A stretch of DNA of 63,955 nt, counting the filler, from Craspedostauros australis (lineage: Eukaryota): NCBI GenBank assembly GCA_030167865.1. It is 19 parts of 19 records of this genome, joined end to end, with 100 filler letters (N's around TTAATTAATTAA, not from the genome) between each part and the next. Parts side by side here need not be neighbours in the genome. Positions count along the whole stretch, not along the records: positions 61,431 to 63,955 come from JALAGF010002005.1; 18 more parts are not named here. One strand, written 5' to 3'. Position numbers and translations under genes: made by a program. This document shows, piece by piece, positions 62,376-63,955 of the stretch. The stretch's first letter is position 1. Every line of letters starts with the position of its first letter. Under the pieces are notes generated by a model. It did no database searches. It saw only the letters and a program-made list of their open reading frames with translations, and was not told where the DNA came from.

Positions 62376-63659
62376 ATGCCGTTGCCTCCTGATGTCAAGG
62401 CTGCTGCCCAGGTGCTGCAGTATGGGTCTCCCTCCGCACCTCTGCCTGTGGCATCCTCTCACGTTGGCGCGTCTCTGGGTTCTGGGGGGGAGGGGATGTT
62501 GCTCGATCCCATGGAGGTGTCCGGTGTTGGCGTTGTCGATGCTGAGGTGTTGGCTCTTGTGCCTTTGTTCGAGTCTCCTGGTGAACCAGGGCAGCTGTTC
62601 TGCGGTGGTCTCATTGGGAAGTCGGGCGCTGTGTTCTGTACTAACCATTTGGCAGTGGGCATGGTTCATTGCGGCGTGGCGGCTCATGGGAAGCACAAGG
62701 TTGTTGCATCTGCTGATGATCTTTTCATCCGTCGTCCTTCCTCCAAGCAACGCAGCTTGGGTGGCGCTTTTTGCACTCCCAGCATCAACAAGTTTGGGCT
62801 CTTGGAGGAGGTCTCATCAACCCTTGAGGTGCCCAGGCCAGTGAGCCTGTGGACATCCATCTTCCAGTCCATTGTCAACGGCGAAACCGACTCGTCCCAC
62901 ATCACCAAGCTGGACAGTGGCGCCTCATTCCAGAAGACACTGTTCGCCAAGCGGCTGCGGCCAAACGACCCAACCATTGACAGGTCAGCTACTTCAGTCA
63001 CCACCAAGCAGCCCAAGTCCGCAGCGGATGGGGTTGCCATCCCAAAGGAGCGCCCTGCCGCTGACCTGCAGGACGGAATCGATCTCAAGACTGTGGTTGA
63101 GGACCAACTCAACCCTGCCATCTTGGCACTTTGGTCTGTTTCCACAGCAGTGCTGGACATTGAAGACGCCCTCCACACTCTGACTGAGTCAACAAGCGAG
63201 GCCTTCACAGACACGGACAACCGAGGGTCGCAGCTGCAAAGCTCCCTCAGTGTCCTACCGTCCACCTCCCATGGGCTTGAGGCTGCCCAGGTCTGGCCTA
63301 ACCTCTTCACAATCTCCTCACTTCTGAAGGACCAGCTGGGTCACTTTATGGACTTGGAGTCCCACTCCACAGAGCTACATTGCACTGGTTCCAAAGGTCT
63401 TACCAAGATCTCTGAAGCACATGCACACCTCAAGAGCCATGTTGATGAATACCATTCTTGCTTTGATGCTATCAACATCATTGTTGGTAGTCTCTATGCC
63501 AGGATGGAGGGATCCAATGCCACAACCAGTGAAGAAAATGTCTGGAAGGCAATCAACAAACTTGAATCTCAAGCAGGAGACAACTCGCCTTTCATACCGG
63601 ATCCTTTGGAAGCTGGTAGGCTTGAGGCCCTCAAGCAGTATCAGCACAAAATTGAATAG
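62376..63659 (+). CDS. Hypothetical Cys/His-motif coiled protein, probably a retroelement ORF1/gag-like gene, truncated by insertion
   Basis: CGGLIG..FC..CG..H motif followed by a helical region. CpG-poor. The stop codon is supplied by the first bases of the repeat at 63656. Confidence 0.45.
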   Translation: MPLPPDVKAAAQVLQYGSPSAPLPVASSHVGASLGSGGEGMLLDPMEVSGVGVVDAEVLALVPLFESPGEPGQLFCGGLIGKSGAVFCTNHLAVGMVHCGVAAHGKHKVVASADDLFIRRPSSKQRSLGGAFCTPSINKFGLLEEVSSTLEVPRPVSLWTSIFQSIVNGETDSSHITKLDSGASFQKTLFAKRLRPNDPTIDRSATSVTTKQPKSAADGVAIPKERPAADLQDGIDLKTVVEDQLNPAILALWSVSTAVLDIEDALHTLTESTSEAFTDTDNRGSQLQSSLSVLPSTSHGLEAAQVWPNLFTISSLLKDQLGHFMDLESHSTELHCTGSKGLTKISEAHAHLKSHVDEYHSCFDAINIIVGSLYARMEGSNATTSEENVWKAINKLESQAGDNSPFIPDPLEAGRLEALKQYQHKIE

Positions 63660-63769
63660 TGCTAAGTACGTTACTCCCGTAGCCCCCACTATCTATAAAT
63701 TTCACTTGTGTTCGGATCAGCAATCGCATTGCCTGTAGCTCAACGGTAGAGCACCAGTAATTCTAACTG
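63656..63769 (+). repeat. tRNA-derived short repeat, copy 2 (3' half missing)
   Basis: ATAGTGCTAAGTACGTTACTCC..TATAAAT..GCCTGTAGCTCAACGGTAGAGCACCAG matches 12905-13018. Homology ends in the anticodon arm. Confidence 0.7.
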
Positions 63770-63955
63770 TTAGAACGTAATCGTAGATGGGTTTGAAGAT
63801 ACCGCACCGAGAACGTAGAGTGATCAAGTCGTTGTTGTTGGTGAGGAAAGTGTTTGTTTACTGTGTTATTCGTATGGTAGTATGAATGCTGTCGAGCTCA
63901 CAAGATTGTCTTCTTGGAACTGTGAGCATGAGAGAGGCATGACATGATCTCATGC
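63768..63955. mobile_element. Putative LTR end interrupting the tRNA-like repeat
   Basis: Unrelated sequence starts TGTTAGAA at the breakpoint; CATG-rich composition like other LTRs in this window. Confidence 0.3.

Overview
Eukaryotic draft-assembly sequence, most likely a diatom (inferred from GT-AG introns with CTAAC/CTGAC branch points, Copia elements and RXL-type propeptides). It is not one locus: about 19 contigs are joined by an artificial 100-nt N44-TTAATTAATTAA-N44 spacer, so adjacency only has meaning within a contig. Much of it is decayed Ty1/Copia pol and LTR fragments. Two regions stand out. (1) An apparently intact 5.26-kb DNA transposon (4579-9834) with CC..GG terminal inverted repeats, ATAT flanks and palindromic subterminal motifs. 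It encodes one 3-exon ~1377-aa protein: a piggyBac-type DDD transposase with a YqaJ/lambda-exonuclease-like PD-(D/E)xK domain inserted between catalytic Asp2 and Asp3. A related element end lies at 37477. (2) A 13-kb contig with a class-3 lipase converging on three tandem, secreted vanadium-haloperoxidase/PAP2-like genes that all carry a non-canonical HP[SA]FPAMH active-site motif. Also present: a Sola-like transposase, an ankyrin protein, an Fpg/Nei pseudogene, a tRNA-derived short repeat in two copies, a 3-exon protein with a long (Asp-Ser)n tract, two RVxF-motif paralogues, a small secreted protein and a duplicated (allelic) contig pair with an LSD1-like zinc-finger gene. All calls are by-eye motif recognition; no database search was run.
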